From Candidatus Neptunichlamydia sp. (GTDB lineage: Bacteria > Chlamydiota > Chlamydiia > Chlamydiales > Simkaniaceae), in NCBI GenBank assembly GCA_965233865.1, contig OZ247587.1, forward strand, positions 64,001-128,000: a DNA stretch of 64,000 bases. Reading direction: 5' to 3'. A model generated the notes under the pieces. The model made no database searches and was not told where the DNA came from. It saw only the letters and a list, made by a program, of their open reading frames with translations. Both the position numbers and the translations under genes were made by a program. This document shows positions 28,171 through 36,997 of this stretch, piece after piece. Each line of letters starts with the position of its first letter. Positions within the stretch are counted from its first letter, which is position 1.

Positions 28171-29746
28171 ATGACATGGACACTTACAAATTATTCCAAA
28201 TTCTTAAGAAGTCTCCGCACAGAAAAGCTCTCCTCTACAACGAGTGTTGATCTATTGACTCTTTTTATCTATGAGGACGCAAAATCGATCTTACAACGGT
28301 TTAAGATCAATATACGCTTCGTTGACTCACTTGAAGCTGCTCGACAAGCGATCAGTGATATAGCTGAGCAAAAAGACGTTATTGGATGTGACATTGAAAC
28401 CACTCCATATTGAATTACCTAAAGAGCTCCAGACGTCCGACTGGTCTAAAAATACTCTCTCGTCTGAACAGATTGCTTATGCGGCCTTGGATGCTGCTGT
28501 AGTGAAAATCCTTTCCGAGGATTTATTAAGCGAGCTTGGAAAGCGAGATATGCTTCCCATTACCGCTATTATTCAAAAAGCAATCCCCGCTGTTGCAGCG
28601 ATGGAGCTTGCAGGGATTCCTTTTGATTGGGAATGCCACCAAGCTCTTGTCGACGAATGGAAACAGGAAGCAAAAGCTTTAGCTCATTCGATTCAATCAA
28701 ATTTGAATATTAACGATCTATCAAGCACAAAAAAAATCCAGCAGCAATTTGGGAACTATTTTGAGAAACGAGATTTTACAGTTGCCAAAGACAAAAGTGG
28801 ACGTCCTAAGCTCGGTAAACAAGAGCTTGCTCAATTTAAGGAAGACCCTTTAGTGGCAAATTACCTCGATTACACCTGTCTCAAAACCCGTCTTTCTACC
28901 TTTGGGGATACTCTACATGCTCGTGCCAACCCTGTGACAGGCAGAATTCATCCGACGTTCCTGCATGGGCGTGCGAGCACAGGCCGCTTCGCCACAACTA
29001 ATCCCAATACGCAAAATTTCCCCAGGGGTTCTTTTAAACACCTCATTAAACCTGTGGAAGGACACGTTTTTGTGGTTGCCGATTACAGTCAAATAGAGCT
29101 TCGACTCATCGCCATTGTTGCTGAAGAAGAAAACATGCTAACAGCTTACAGATTAGGAAAATATCTCCACAGAATGACAGCGTCAAAAATATTATACATT
29201 CCTCCCAGTGAGGTTACTCCAAAGCAAAGAACCTGCGCAAAGGCGGTCAACTTCGGGTTTATTTATGGGCAGAGAGAAGGTGGATTCATCAGAGTCGCTA
29301 AAAACGATTACGGGTTAGAAATCGATTATAACGAAACCAAGAAGTATCGAAGCGCTTTTTTTCATGACTACCCAGCAATCGCCAGCTGGCATCAAAAAAT
29401 AGCTCACCAAATACAAGCAACAGGGAAAACTCGAACGATGAATGGGTGGGAAAGAGATTTCAACAAAGAAGTCAAAAAAATGATCAATAAGAAAGAAGAA
29501 TCCTTCCAGAAAAAAACCATAAAATGGGATATCCAAAAAGCGAAAATACAAAGCGAGGAGAAAATTTTAGAGGGTCATCGGAAACGCGCAAAATTGCAAC
29601 CCACCCGTTTGCCTTTACAAGAGCGTTTAAAGAAAAAAGAAATCTGCATAGACGAGCTAAAGAACAAACACCGCCTTCTAGAGCGAGAATGTTCCCTCTT
29701 AAATACTCGTATTTTACAGGCAAAAAACCAAGAAAAGAATTGCTGA
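28171..29746 (+). pseudogene. Family A DNA polymerase with 3'-5' exonuclease, internally deleted and 3'-truncated
   Basis: ExoI GCDIET (ORF 28171-28413) is joined out of frame to ExoIII YAALDA; then TGRIHPTF, STGRFATTNPNTQNFPR, motif A VADYSQIELR, motif B AKAVNFGFIYG. Motif C (VHDE) is missing. Confidence 0.85.
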
Positions 29747-29800
29747 AAAGAGCGATGCTTAGCATATCAGTCGGGTTATTTCTTCTCTTATCATCCGTTT

Positions 29801-30103
29801 TTATTTCCAGTCTCTTTGCTCAATATCTTTGAGAATCAAAGGAAAGAATCCTCCGGTTTGAGGAAGGACTTCCATAAAGGACCACTTGAAGAAGAAGGAC
29901 TCAAGGTCTTGAAGGGCTGATGGAAAGATTTTCTCTCGGGATAGCCAATCAAACAAGGGGAAGAAATAGAGTTGTTCCGCCCGTCTTAGCGGGGTTAAGT
30001 GAAGGTAGTCAACCCCTTCTTCCTTCCATGGATCTTTTTCTGTGTATTGGCTTAAGACTTCCTTGCCGCTTTTTTCAACGATCTTTTCGATTGCATTGAT
30101 TCC
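29801..30103 (-). pseudogene. 3' fragment of an unknown gene, cut by the IS200 insertion
   Basis: 100-codon open frame GINAIEKIVEKSGKEV...KDIEQRDWK* with no start; the 5' side abuts the IS200 hairpin. Confidence 0.5.
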
Positions 30104-30276
30104 CCGCAGCTTGCTGCGTAAAAGCTGAACAAGTATAGTTTTTTGGCATGAGTGAACATATTCATAAAAGTCATAATGTCTCAGTTTTGATGTACCACAT
30201 AGTTTGTCCGGCCAAACACAGGAAAGCGGTATTTGACAAGAGTGTTGATGAAGAAATTAAGGTCATATGCCTATAA
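30102..30276 (+). mobile_element. tnpA: IS200/IS605-family remnant (end hairpin plus truncated tnpA)
   Basis: Hairpin CGCAGC-TT-GCTGCG at 30105-30118; ATG 30148 gives MSEHIHKSHNVSVLMYHIVCPAKHRKAVFD...ICL*, a Y1 transposase N-terminus truncated before the HUH motif. Confidence 0.85.
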
Positions 30277-30468
30277 CTAAATTATATCAAATTAGCTATA
30301 TGGTCCCTAAATGAAACACGTTAGCGGAAAGATTATTAAAATATATGAAAAAGAAATTAAGTAAATAAAAAATACTATATTTTTAAATTAAAACTAACTA
30401 ATAAAGCTTTTTTACAATTTACAGGAAATTATCCTTCGTTTATGCTGGATTAAAGAGGAGCAAAAATT

Positions 30469-31140
30469 GTGAAGCTATTTAAAGATAAACTTCCTGAAAT
30501 TTTAATAACAGGTGTAAACCGAGGGCTAGGAAAGTATTTTTTCACAAATCTTTCCTCTGATTATAAAGTGATTGGGACCACACGCAAGGAGTATGATAAT
30601 CACTTTTATTTAGACATGTGGAAAACACATCTGTTTGAAAAAGAGGTTGAGAAAATTTTTAAGTCAAATTCTCCAACGGTTTTAATTCAAAATATCGGAG
30701 TAGGAGGGATTGGTCTCCCTTCTGATTTTTCTAGAGATCAACTTGAAGACTATTTCATAGTAAATTGTATTGGACCCCTCCTTTTCATAAACGAATTTTT
30801 GAAACAGTCTGTTGCAAAACCAAAAGTGATAATCATTTCATCGGAGGTTACCAAAAAATATTATCCTTATTTAGGTGTGTACACAGCTGCTAAAATTGCA
30901 TTAGAAAAATGTTTACTGGACCTTCGAAAGGTTGAAAAAATTTCTATTAGTATCATTCGACCAGGACCACTTCAACCTTCAAATGAACTATCGCCTATGA
31001 AAATGGAAGAAGGAGAAGTTCGTAATTTTTCAAGCTATGGAGGTTCGGATAAACTGAATTTAAAATGGGGCTCCCCACAAACGGTTTTAACGTCTATTCT
31101 TGATATCATCAATTCCATTAAACCTAAATTATACTATTAA
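30469..31140 (+). CDS. SDR family oxidoreductase (island cargo)
   Basis: LITGVNRGLG, YTAAK (YxxxK), IRPGP; AGAGGAG RBS; AT-rich relative to the backbone. Confidence 0.85.
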   Translation: MKLFKDKLPEILITGVNRGLGKYFFTNLSSDYKVIGTTRKEYDNHFYLDMWKTHLFEKEVEKIFKSNSPTVLIQNIGVGGIGLPSDFSRDQLEDYFIVNCIGPLLFINEFLKQSVAKPKVIIISSEVTKKYYPYLGVYTAAKIALEKCLLDLRKVEKISISIIRPGPLQPSNELSPMKMEEGEVRNFSSYGGSDKLNLKWGSPQTVLTSILDIINSIKPKLYY

Positions 31141-31261
31141 AACATAAATAATACTTAAACATTCATTTAATTTTTAAATTAAATGAATGTTTCGTAATTA
31201 ATTTATTTCCTATTTTTGCTATATTTATATATAGTATTAGCAAAGACACCGGAATGATCTT

Positions 31262-31813
31262 TTGAATTTCCCATCCTTTACGGCAATCAGAAATATTCCC
31301 AACCAGCTATCTGTTGATTCGAAAAACTTTTATACAATGAACGATCTCAAGGTTGCACGCAATGCACTCTTCATGGCGAACCTCATCAAACTCTTTGGAC
31401 TGGCTTTATTCTTAGGAGAAGTGAGTCGCATTCTAAAAATAGACCCCAAGATTAAGCTGAGGGCTCCCATGACCAAGCTTAAATGGCTGAAGTTTTTTTG
31501 GGTCTCAATTCTATCTAGAGAGTGTCTGATTATTGGGGATAATGTTTTTGAACTCTATGGCAGACGGCCCGCAGGAGCAACCATTTTTCTTCATGAATCG
31601 AAGATGCAAGAATTAGCTGATAAAAAGTTTAAGGATTGGTCGTTGTCTTATTTGTGGGATATTGCTGTGAATACAGGTAAAGCAGCCTTTTCGACTGCGA
31701 CTCAACCGGAAGAAGTCGCACTGATTAAGCAGATTGCATTCATTTTCCAAAACTCTACAACTGAAAAAGCATTTCAAATTTGGCATGAGCTCTCTAAGAA
31801 TTTTAAAAAATAG
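31262..31813 (+). CDS. Hypothetical protein (island cargo)
   Basis: 183-aa ORF, start uncertain, no motif recognised. Confidence 0.6.
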   Translation: MNFPSFTAIRNIPNQLSVDSKNFYTMNDLKVARNALFMANLIKLFGLALFLGEVSRILKIDPKIKLRAPMTKLKWLKFFWVSILSRECLIIGDNVFELYGRRPAGATIFLHESKMQELADKKFKDWSLSYLWDIAVNTGKAAFSTATQPEEVALIKQIAFIFQNSTTEKAFQIWHELSKNFKK

Positions 31814-31814
31814 T

Positions 31815-31997
31815 TCAAGAATCGCCTTTTTCCTCAATAGCGGGGTTTAAGAAATTTGAAGCACTGACAACTTTGCGACCACTCTTTTCTTCTAGCTCCT
31901 TCCTCGCATTCCCAGCAATTGCCCCTCTAGCTTTTGCCGCTTTTTTGTTCTCCGTAAATCCTTGTGCATCGTTTTGAACCGCAATTTCAGTTGTGGT
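31815..31997 (-). pseudogene. C-terminal fragment of a Bro-N/phage antirepressor-like protein
   Basis: Manual translation TTTEIAVQNDAQGFTENKKAAKARGAIAGNARKELEEKSGRKVVSASNFL...*, the tail typical of Bro-N family proteins; no start codon. Confidence 0.7.
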
Positions 31998-32050
31998 TAC
32001 AACCCAAAAATCCCCTTCAGGAATTTAACATTCTAACTGTTAAATATTTA

Positions 32051-32101
32051 TTGAAACAGAAATCCTTCACGGGACCAGGGGTTCGAATCCCTCCGCTTCC
32101 G
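32051..32101 (+). repeat. Distal att site: degenerate copy of the tRNA-Ser 3' part
   Basis: 51 nt matching 22963-23014 with 5 substitutions and 1 indel; begins in the anticodon loop. Confidence 0.9.
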
Positions 32102-32283
32102 ATTAACACAAGAAAATATAATTTTTTTCTTGATTTTCTATTGACAAATCTTTTATAAAAGAAACCTTTTGTATCGCAAGGTTGAAAGTTTGAGTGCAAG
32201 GTTAATGCTTTACAAACTCTGGAGTTTTCTGGTAAACTTTGCACATTTTTTAACAAATATTCCAAATTTACGGAGGAATTAAA

Positions 32284-32931
32284 ATGATTTATAACGCCGT
32301 TCAAGGTTTTAAAAACAATCATTACCATACTCAAGAAGTAGTGGGTTCTCTTTGTGTAGCTGCATTTGTAAAACTTGGTAGCAACCACATTCAGCAAATC
32401 ACCAACCTAACAGCATTTGCTTCTGCGGCGAGTGGTGCGAGTTGTGCAAGTCTTTTGGTGGCTGCTCATTCTGCACCCACTTTTTGGCCATCGGAAGATA
32501 GCCCTGGGAAAAGTACTGCAAAGAAAGTTTTTTTGGTTGCTATAGGGATGTTATCTATTGCAGCTTTTCTTAAAAGAACAACAATTCTTAAAACGCGCCA
32601 CATTTCATTTCCTGCTTTGAGCGAATTCGCTAAGCCTTTTGCTGCTGCAACCGCTGCAACTGTTCTCTTAACCCAAGCTGGAATCACAGGCATTAAAGTG
32701 GCTAGCAAAGCTTTTACTAAGTCTGAGGATACTGAGAATAAGGGTACTGAGGATACTGAGAATAAGGGTACTGAGGATACTGAGAATAAGGGTACTGAGG
32801 ATACTGAGAATAAGAGTACTGAGGGTACTGAGAGTACTGAGAATAAGGGTACTGAGGATACTGAGAATAAGAGTACTGAGGGTACTGAGAGTACTGAGAA
32901 TAAGGGTACTGAGGGTACTGAGACTAAGTAA
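32284..32931 (+). CDS. Inc-like membrane protein with acidic tandem-repeat tail
   Basis: GGAGG RBS; several Ala-rich hydrophobic segments followed by a T/E-rich repeat tail; no Sec signal evident. Confidence 0.7.
   Translation: MIYNAVQGFKNNHYHTQEVVGSLCVAAFVKLGSNHIQQITNLTAFASAASGASCASLLVAAHSAPTFWPSEDSPGKSTAKKVFLVAIGMLSIAAFLKRTTILKTRHISFPALSEFAKPFAAATAATVLLTQAGITGIKVASKAFTKSEDTENKGTEDTENKGTEDTENKGTEDTENKSTEGTESTENKGTEDTENKSTEGTESTENKGTEGTETK
32722..32928 (+). repeat. Coding tandem repeat (GTEDTENK / STEGTESTENK)
   Basis: Built from 9-bp RRTACTGAG and 6-bp AATAAG blocks; 24-bp and 33-bp units, with a 57-bp higher-order unit present twice. Confidence 0.95.
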
Positions 32932-32971
32932 GTAATTTTTTACTTACTTGTTAGCTCATTTGCTGATAGTG

Positions 32972-33002
32972 AAAAGGGATGCCGAAAGCCATCCCTTTTT
33001 TT
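32972..33002 (+). terminator. Rho-independent terminator
   Basis: AAAAGGGATG-8 nt-CATCCC followed by T7. Confidence 0.8.
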
Positions 33003-33170
33003 GTCTTTATCCATTCTCCTCTAAAAGAATTACTCCATAACCGAGTTGGGGATTTTTTTACTCTATAGAGGTAAAAGCGTACGATTATTGCGCTTTCAGC
33101 GGTAGCTGTGAATACGGCCGCTAAGCTTTGCGCATAATTAAAAAAATTCCAAATATACGGAAGCATTAAA

Positions 33171-33651
33171 ATGGTTTCAATGATTTCTAATGCTATTATA
33201 CAAGACAATAAATGGCACTCTCAAGAACTAATTGGTTGCTGCACTTGTAAAACTTGGTAGCAAACACATTCAGCAAATCACGAAGCTAACAGCAGTTGCT
33301 TCTGCAGTAAATGTTGCAAGTTTTTTGATGGCTGCTAACTCTATAAATACTCTTTGTAAATCTGATAAAAGTGCTGCAAAGAGAGCTCTTGCATTTGCTA
33401 TGGGGATGTTATCTGCTGCAACTCTCCTTAGAGGAACAACAGTTCTTAAAACGCGCCACATTTCATGTCCAGCTTTGATCGAATTCGCTAAGCTTCTGGT
33501 TGTTGCAACCACTGAAACTGTTCTCCTGGCTCAGGCTGGAATTATAGCTGTTAACAAATCTGCTGCTAGTACTGCTCGGTTTGCTGTTAATACTACTGCT
33601 CTCTCAACAGCAGCAATTATGTCCTTTCTTTGGATTGATAAGACGATTTAG
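33171..33651 (+). pseudogene. Frameshifted paralogue of the 32284 gene
   Basis: Shares VKLGS.HIQQIT.LTA and LKTRHIS.PAL.EFAK. An ~11-nt deletion near 33235 relative to the paralogue disconnects ATG 33171; the upstream leader is also duplicated. Confidence 0.7.
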
Positions 33652-33669
33652 GGATCCTAGATCCTATAA

Positions 33670-34392
33670 CTAAGTCTTTCTTTTCTTGGAAACAAGGTGG
33701 AGCTTGTGTTCGAAAAACGAGTAGACTGCCACCAAACGTGAAACGAGAATAGCAATATAGAACTGACCTGCAATTCCTTCTAAGATTGCAAAGGTTTGTG
33801 CCACATCCTCCACTGCAATAATATCCCCATACCCAATACAAAGCAACGTAACAAAACTAAAGTACATGAGTTCAGAAAGATAATGGCTGTGTGTAATCAT
33901 TGTTGGATCAACATTTAAAAAATGGAATGATCCTGGGGAAACAAGGTCAATAAAGAAGTATATAAAGGAAAAGCCAATAGCTACCATAAAATATGCGCAT
34001 ACCACCCCTTTGAGAGTTTCTAAGCGTACCCGAGCGTTAATAACGACACGGTTGATAATTGATGTTGTGGTGACGAATACAAAAATGATCATAAAGACAA
34101 GAAAAATCAAAACAAAGAGCTTTTGGGGATAGAGTAAATTAATCCACTCAAAAAGAAGAGCAGGGATTGCAAGGGAGGTGGAGATCACTTTTACTTTCTT
34201 AGAATGGTCGCAATTGAAGATGGCAGAGCTAAAAACGAGAATCAGAAGAAACTCCCAGATTGTCAGATAGATAGGACCGCGGTCATAGGGGCGAAAAATA
34301 AATAGGAGGATAAGGGAGGCGAGAAGTTGGGTGAAGTAGCCACTGCAGTACTTTAGACTGCTTGAATAACAATTTTTCATCATTTTCTTCAT
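33670..34392 (-). CDS. Potassium channel family (ion channel) protein
   Basis: YFSFVTLLCIGYGDI pore signature, multiple TM helices. Confidence 0.88.
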   Translation of the reverse strand: MKKMMKNCYSSSLKYCSGYFTQLLASLILLFIFRPYDRGPIYLTIWEFLLILVFSSAIFNCDHSKKVKVISTSLAIPALLFEWINLLYPQKLFVLIFLVFMIIFVFVTTTSIINRVVINARVRLETLKGVVCAYFMVAIGFSFIYFFIDLVSPGSFHFLNVDPTMITHSHYLSELMYFSFVTLLCIGYGDIIAVEDVAQTFAILEGIAGQFYIAILVSRLVAVYSFFEHKLHLVSKKRKT

Positions 34393-34511
34393 ACACCCCT
34401 ATATCTTAGATTAAATGCTTTGGGTCAAGGGAGAAATTTCCCCTCTTGAAATGGAAATTTTTATAAGGTAGTTTCAAAATAGGGAACGAATAAAAGTGGG
34501 GGAGAACTTTC

Positions 34512-34718
34512 ATGTCTACTGAGCGTCAGTAAACGCCGTTTAATGATCCATATCCAAATGAGGTACTTATTATTCCTAGAGCCAAAGAAATTAGAGGAAA
34601 GATCTAATTTCATACTCAAGAGCTTATGCAGGCATCGACAGACTTTGCCAATGGCCATGGAAAGATTGAAATGGTTTATGAATGCCTATAATTTTTGCGA
34701 GATGAACTAAAGTTATGA
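34512..34718 (+). pseudogene. Decayed paralogue of the two downstream small ORFs
   Basis: GGAG RBS plus ATG 34512; TAA stops at 34530, 34605 and 34689; C-terminal part aligns without gaps to ORF 34979; TGA overlaps the next ATG. Confidence 0.6.
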
Positions 34719-34963
34719 ATCCAAAAAAGCAATTAATTCATGACCTTCAAATTTTTCTCTGGCGATTCGAGCAAGGAGGTTACACCCGTGAAACAATGTT
34801 AGAGATCCTTACGAAGTTTGAAAGTGTGCTTGAAAATGATGGGGAGGAATTAGGAGAGCCCATCCAAAGACATGTTGAGAACATGATTCGCGACTGTCGT
34901 GCTTATGCTTTTGGCGGAGGGGATCAAAAAAAGGTGGTCTCTGACTTTAATAAATTAAGATAG
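34715..34963 (+). CDS. Small hypothetical protein (tandem family)
   Basis: 82-aa ORF; TAG stop may be premature (the frame continues DLE* to 34975). Confidence 0.65.
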   Translation: MNPKKQLIHDLQIFLWRFEQGGYTRETMLEILTKFESVLENDGEELGEPIQRHVENMIRDCRAYAFGGGDQKKVVSDFNKLR

Positions 34964-34978
34964 GACTTGGAGTAATTT

Positions 34979-35266
34979 ATGTTCGATGATGGAATGGAAG
35001 AGGAAGATCCCAAAGAATTTCTTAAAGGAGAAATCCAAGAATTTCTCAGTGAGTTTGAGCTAACTGAAGAGAGTGAAGATGATATGAAAACGATTCTTCC
35101 TCTTTGGAGAGATGAACTTCTTAATCATGCACATGAAGTTGGCGGACTCACACACTCAAAAATTAAGATGCTCATGAATGTATGCGAAGACTACGCAAGT
35201 AATCGTGGAATGATTGAGCGTGTTCGCCAAGAAGCGGAAGAAATTCGTATTCAACTCAACATCTAA
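34979..35266 (+). CDS. Small acidic hypothetical protein (tandem family)
   Basis: 95-aa ORF with GGAG RBS. Confidence 0.75.
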   Translation: MFDDGMEEEDPKEFLKGEIQEFLSEFELTEESEDDMKTILPLWRDELLNHAHEVGGLTHSKIKMLMNVCEDYASNRGMIERVRQEAEEIRIQLNI

Positions 35267-35558
35267 CCGGTTTTGCTAAAAATCTCAAATCCATAGGGAG
35301 TGTATGGGGGTGAATGAACGGCGTTGTTTAGGTGCAGCTCTTGTTAACCAATAAGTGGTTGGTATGGATTTTCAAACCCAATTTTCCATAAAAATCTTTG
35401 CTCTTATTAATAAAAAGTATTTACGGATATAGTGGTTTAAGTTTAAATTGATATAAATGAGGAGGCTGTTTTTTATAGGCATTAAAGATGAAAATGGATG
35501 TCGGAAGGGCGACTTAGCTTTATCAATTTAAACTTAAACCACTATAAAATGCGTTTCT

Positions 35559-36128
35559 ATGGGATTTTTTGTAAACAACATCTATGGAGGCAGACAACCT
35601 TATCGCGTTCAAGAGGTTCAGAAAGATAAGCCCGATGATCAGGGATCAAAAGGGCAATATTTCGGTCAAAATCAAGAGGAGGATCCTCATCGGAAATTCC
35701 TAAAAGCAAGTGAGAAACTCTACAAGAAAAAATCCGTTGTTCTTGCTAGAGAAATCATGAGCAAACAGATGATACATCTTGAGGGAGAGCTTTTAGCTAA
35801 GGAAGCTTGGGAGGAAATCAAGCATCATGAGATCAAGTATTTTCCTATTTTGGATGAGGGAGGAAAACTACTCGGAATACTCTCTGAGAGGGATATTTTG
35901 AAAGGAATACAAGAAGGGGATCGAAAAAAGCTTAAAGATCTGACTGCTGAACACACCCTATGTGCGGAACCTGAAACAGAGCTTGCAGATATCATGAAGG
36001 TTTTTTCGGATCAAGCTGTTGAGGTGGTTCCTGTCATTGATAAAAAACACAATATTGTTGGAATACTAACTCAAAACGAACTTTTGCAAACCATGTTGAA
36101 AATATCGAACTTGAAATGGAACATTTAG
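35559..36128 (+). CDS. CBS-domain protein
   Basis: AREIMS, FPILDEGGKLLGILSERDI, VPVIDKKHNIVGILTQNEL. Confidence 0.88.
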   Translation: MGFFVNNIYGGRQPYRVQEVQKDKPDDQGSKGQYFGQNQEEDPHRKFLKASEKLYKKKSVVLAREIMSKQMIHLEGELLAKEAWEEIKHHEIKYFPILDEGGKLLGILSERDILKGIQEGDRKKLKDLTAEHTLCAEPETELADIMKVFSDQAVEVVPVIDKKHNIVGILTQNELLQTMLKISNLKWNI

Positions 36129-36997
36129 ACAAACTCGAAAGCCAAAGTATCTTTATTATACGGGAAGCTTACCATCACATTTCCAACTTAGCGATGTTGT
36201 GGTCGGTTGGAAAAGATAGCACGGTTCTCGTAAAGCTTTGCCAAAAAGCATTCTTCGGTCACATCCCTATTCCTCTTGTTCATATCGATACAGGGTTTAA
36301 AATTCCTGAAATGATAGCCTACCGTGACAAACTTGCCATGGAGTGGGGATTGCAAATGATCTATGGTCAGAATAAAGAAGCTTTGGAGAAACAAGAGACG
36401 TTTCCCCATGGGAAAGTTGGGTGTATTGAGTGTTGCAAGGCATTAAAAACAGAGGCACTGCGTCGTACGATTGAAGGGAGCGGTGTTCGTTACAAGATGA
36501 ATCTTAGGAGCGGGGAGTACGAAGTTGACTCTAATCGGGAGCCCTACGGAGGACTCATTGTTGGTATCCGAGCGGATGAAGAGGGAAGTCGTTCCAAGGA
36601 ACGCATCTTTTCTCTTCGTGGAACTTCCAATAATTGGGAAATTGCTGATCAGCCACCAGAGTTTTGGGGACAATTCAATACAGACTTTCCTCCAAAATCT
36701 CATGTGCGGGTTCATCCTCTTCTTGACTGGACGGAAGTCGATATTTGGCGCTATATAGAAAGAGAAGAAATTCCCATTGTAGATCTTTACTTCAATCGAG
36801 GAGAGGGAAAAAGATACCGTTCATTAGGATGTGGTCCTTGCACTAAACCGATTAATTCTGAGGCTACAGACCTGCGCTCAGTGATTCAGGAGCTTGAACA
36901 GGGAAAACTAAAGAATATTGCAGAACGAGGTGGGCGGGCTCAAGATAAAGAAGACCGAGGAGGGTTGGAACAGCTGAGGCGGGGAGGATACATGTGA
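36116..36997 (+). CDS. cysD: Sulfate adenylyltransferase subunit 2
   Basis: [10 protein letters not shown]-loop, [40 protein letters not shown]. Confidence 0.93.
   Translation: MEHLDKLESQSIFIIREAYHHISNLAMLWSVGKDSTVLVKLCQKAFFGHIPIPLVHIDTGFKIPEMIAYRDKLAMEWGLQMIYGQNKEALEKQETFPHGKVGCIECCKALKTEALRRTIEGSGVRYKMNLRSGEYEVDSNREPYGGLIVGIRADEEGSRSKERIFSLRGTSNNWEIADQPPEFWGQFNTDFPPKSHVRVHPLLDWTEVDIWRYIEREEIPIVDLYFNRGEGKRYRSLGCGPCTKPINSEATDLRSVIQELEQGKLKNIAERGGRAQDKEDRGGLEQLRRGGYM

Larger units (their letters stand above)
22963..32101. mobile_element. Degraded integrative element (genomic island) inserted in tRNA-Ser
   Basis: Bounded by a direct repeat of the tRNA 3' part; integrase relic adjacent to the tRNA; replication genes inside. 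Confidence 0.88.

Noticed and set aside
27866..28174. 102-aa ORF as a real gene
   Set aside because: Low-complexity Phe/Ile/Ser/Arg translation of an inverted-repeat-rich region; not excluded, since its ends overlap the neighbours in ATGA fashion.
28382..28413. Programmed frameshift in polA
   Set aside because: The segment between ExoI and ExoIII is missing altogether, indicating a deletion; no slippery site seen.
32051..32101. Second tRNA-Ser gene
   Set aside because: Only the 3' part is present; no D arm or 5' acceptor strand. It is an att copy.
32722..32928. Repeat array as a CRISPR
   Set aside because: No unique spacers; units are multiples of 3 inside an ORF; no cas genes in the window.
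35280..35380. Possible structured ncRNA (AAATCCATA...TATGGATTT enclosing small hairpins)
   Set aside because: Short AT-rich pairing that could be chance; no known family recognised.
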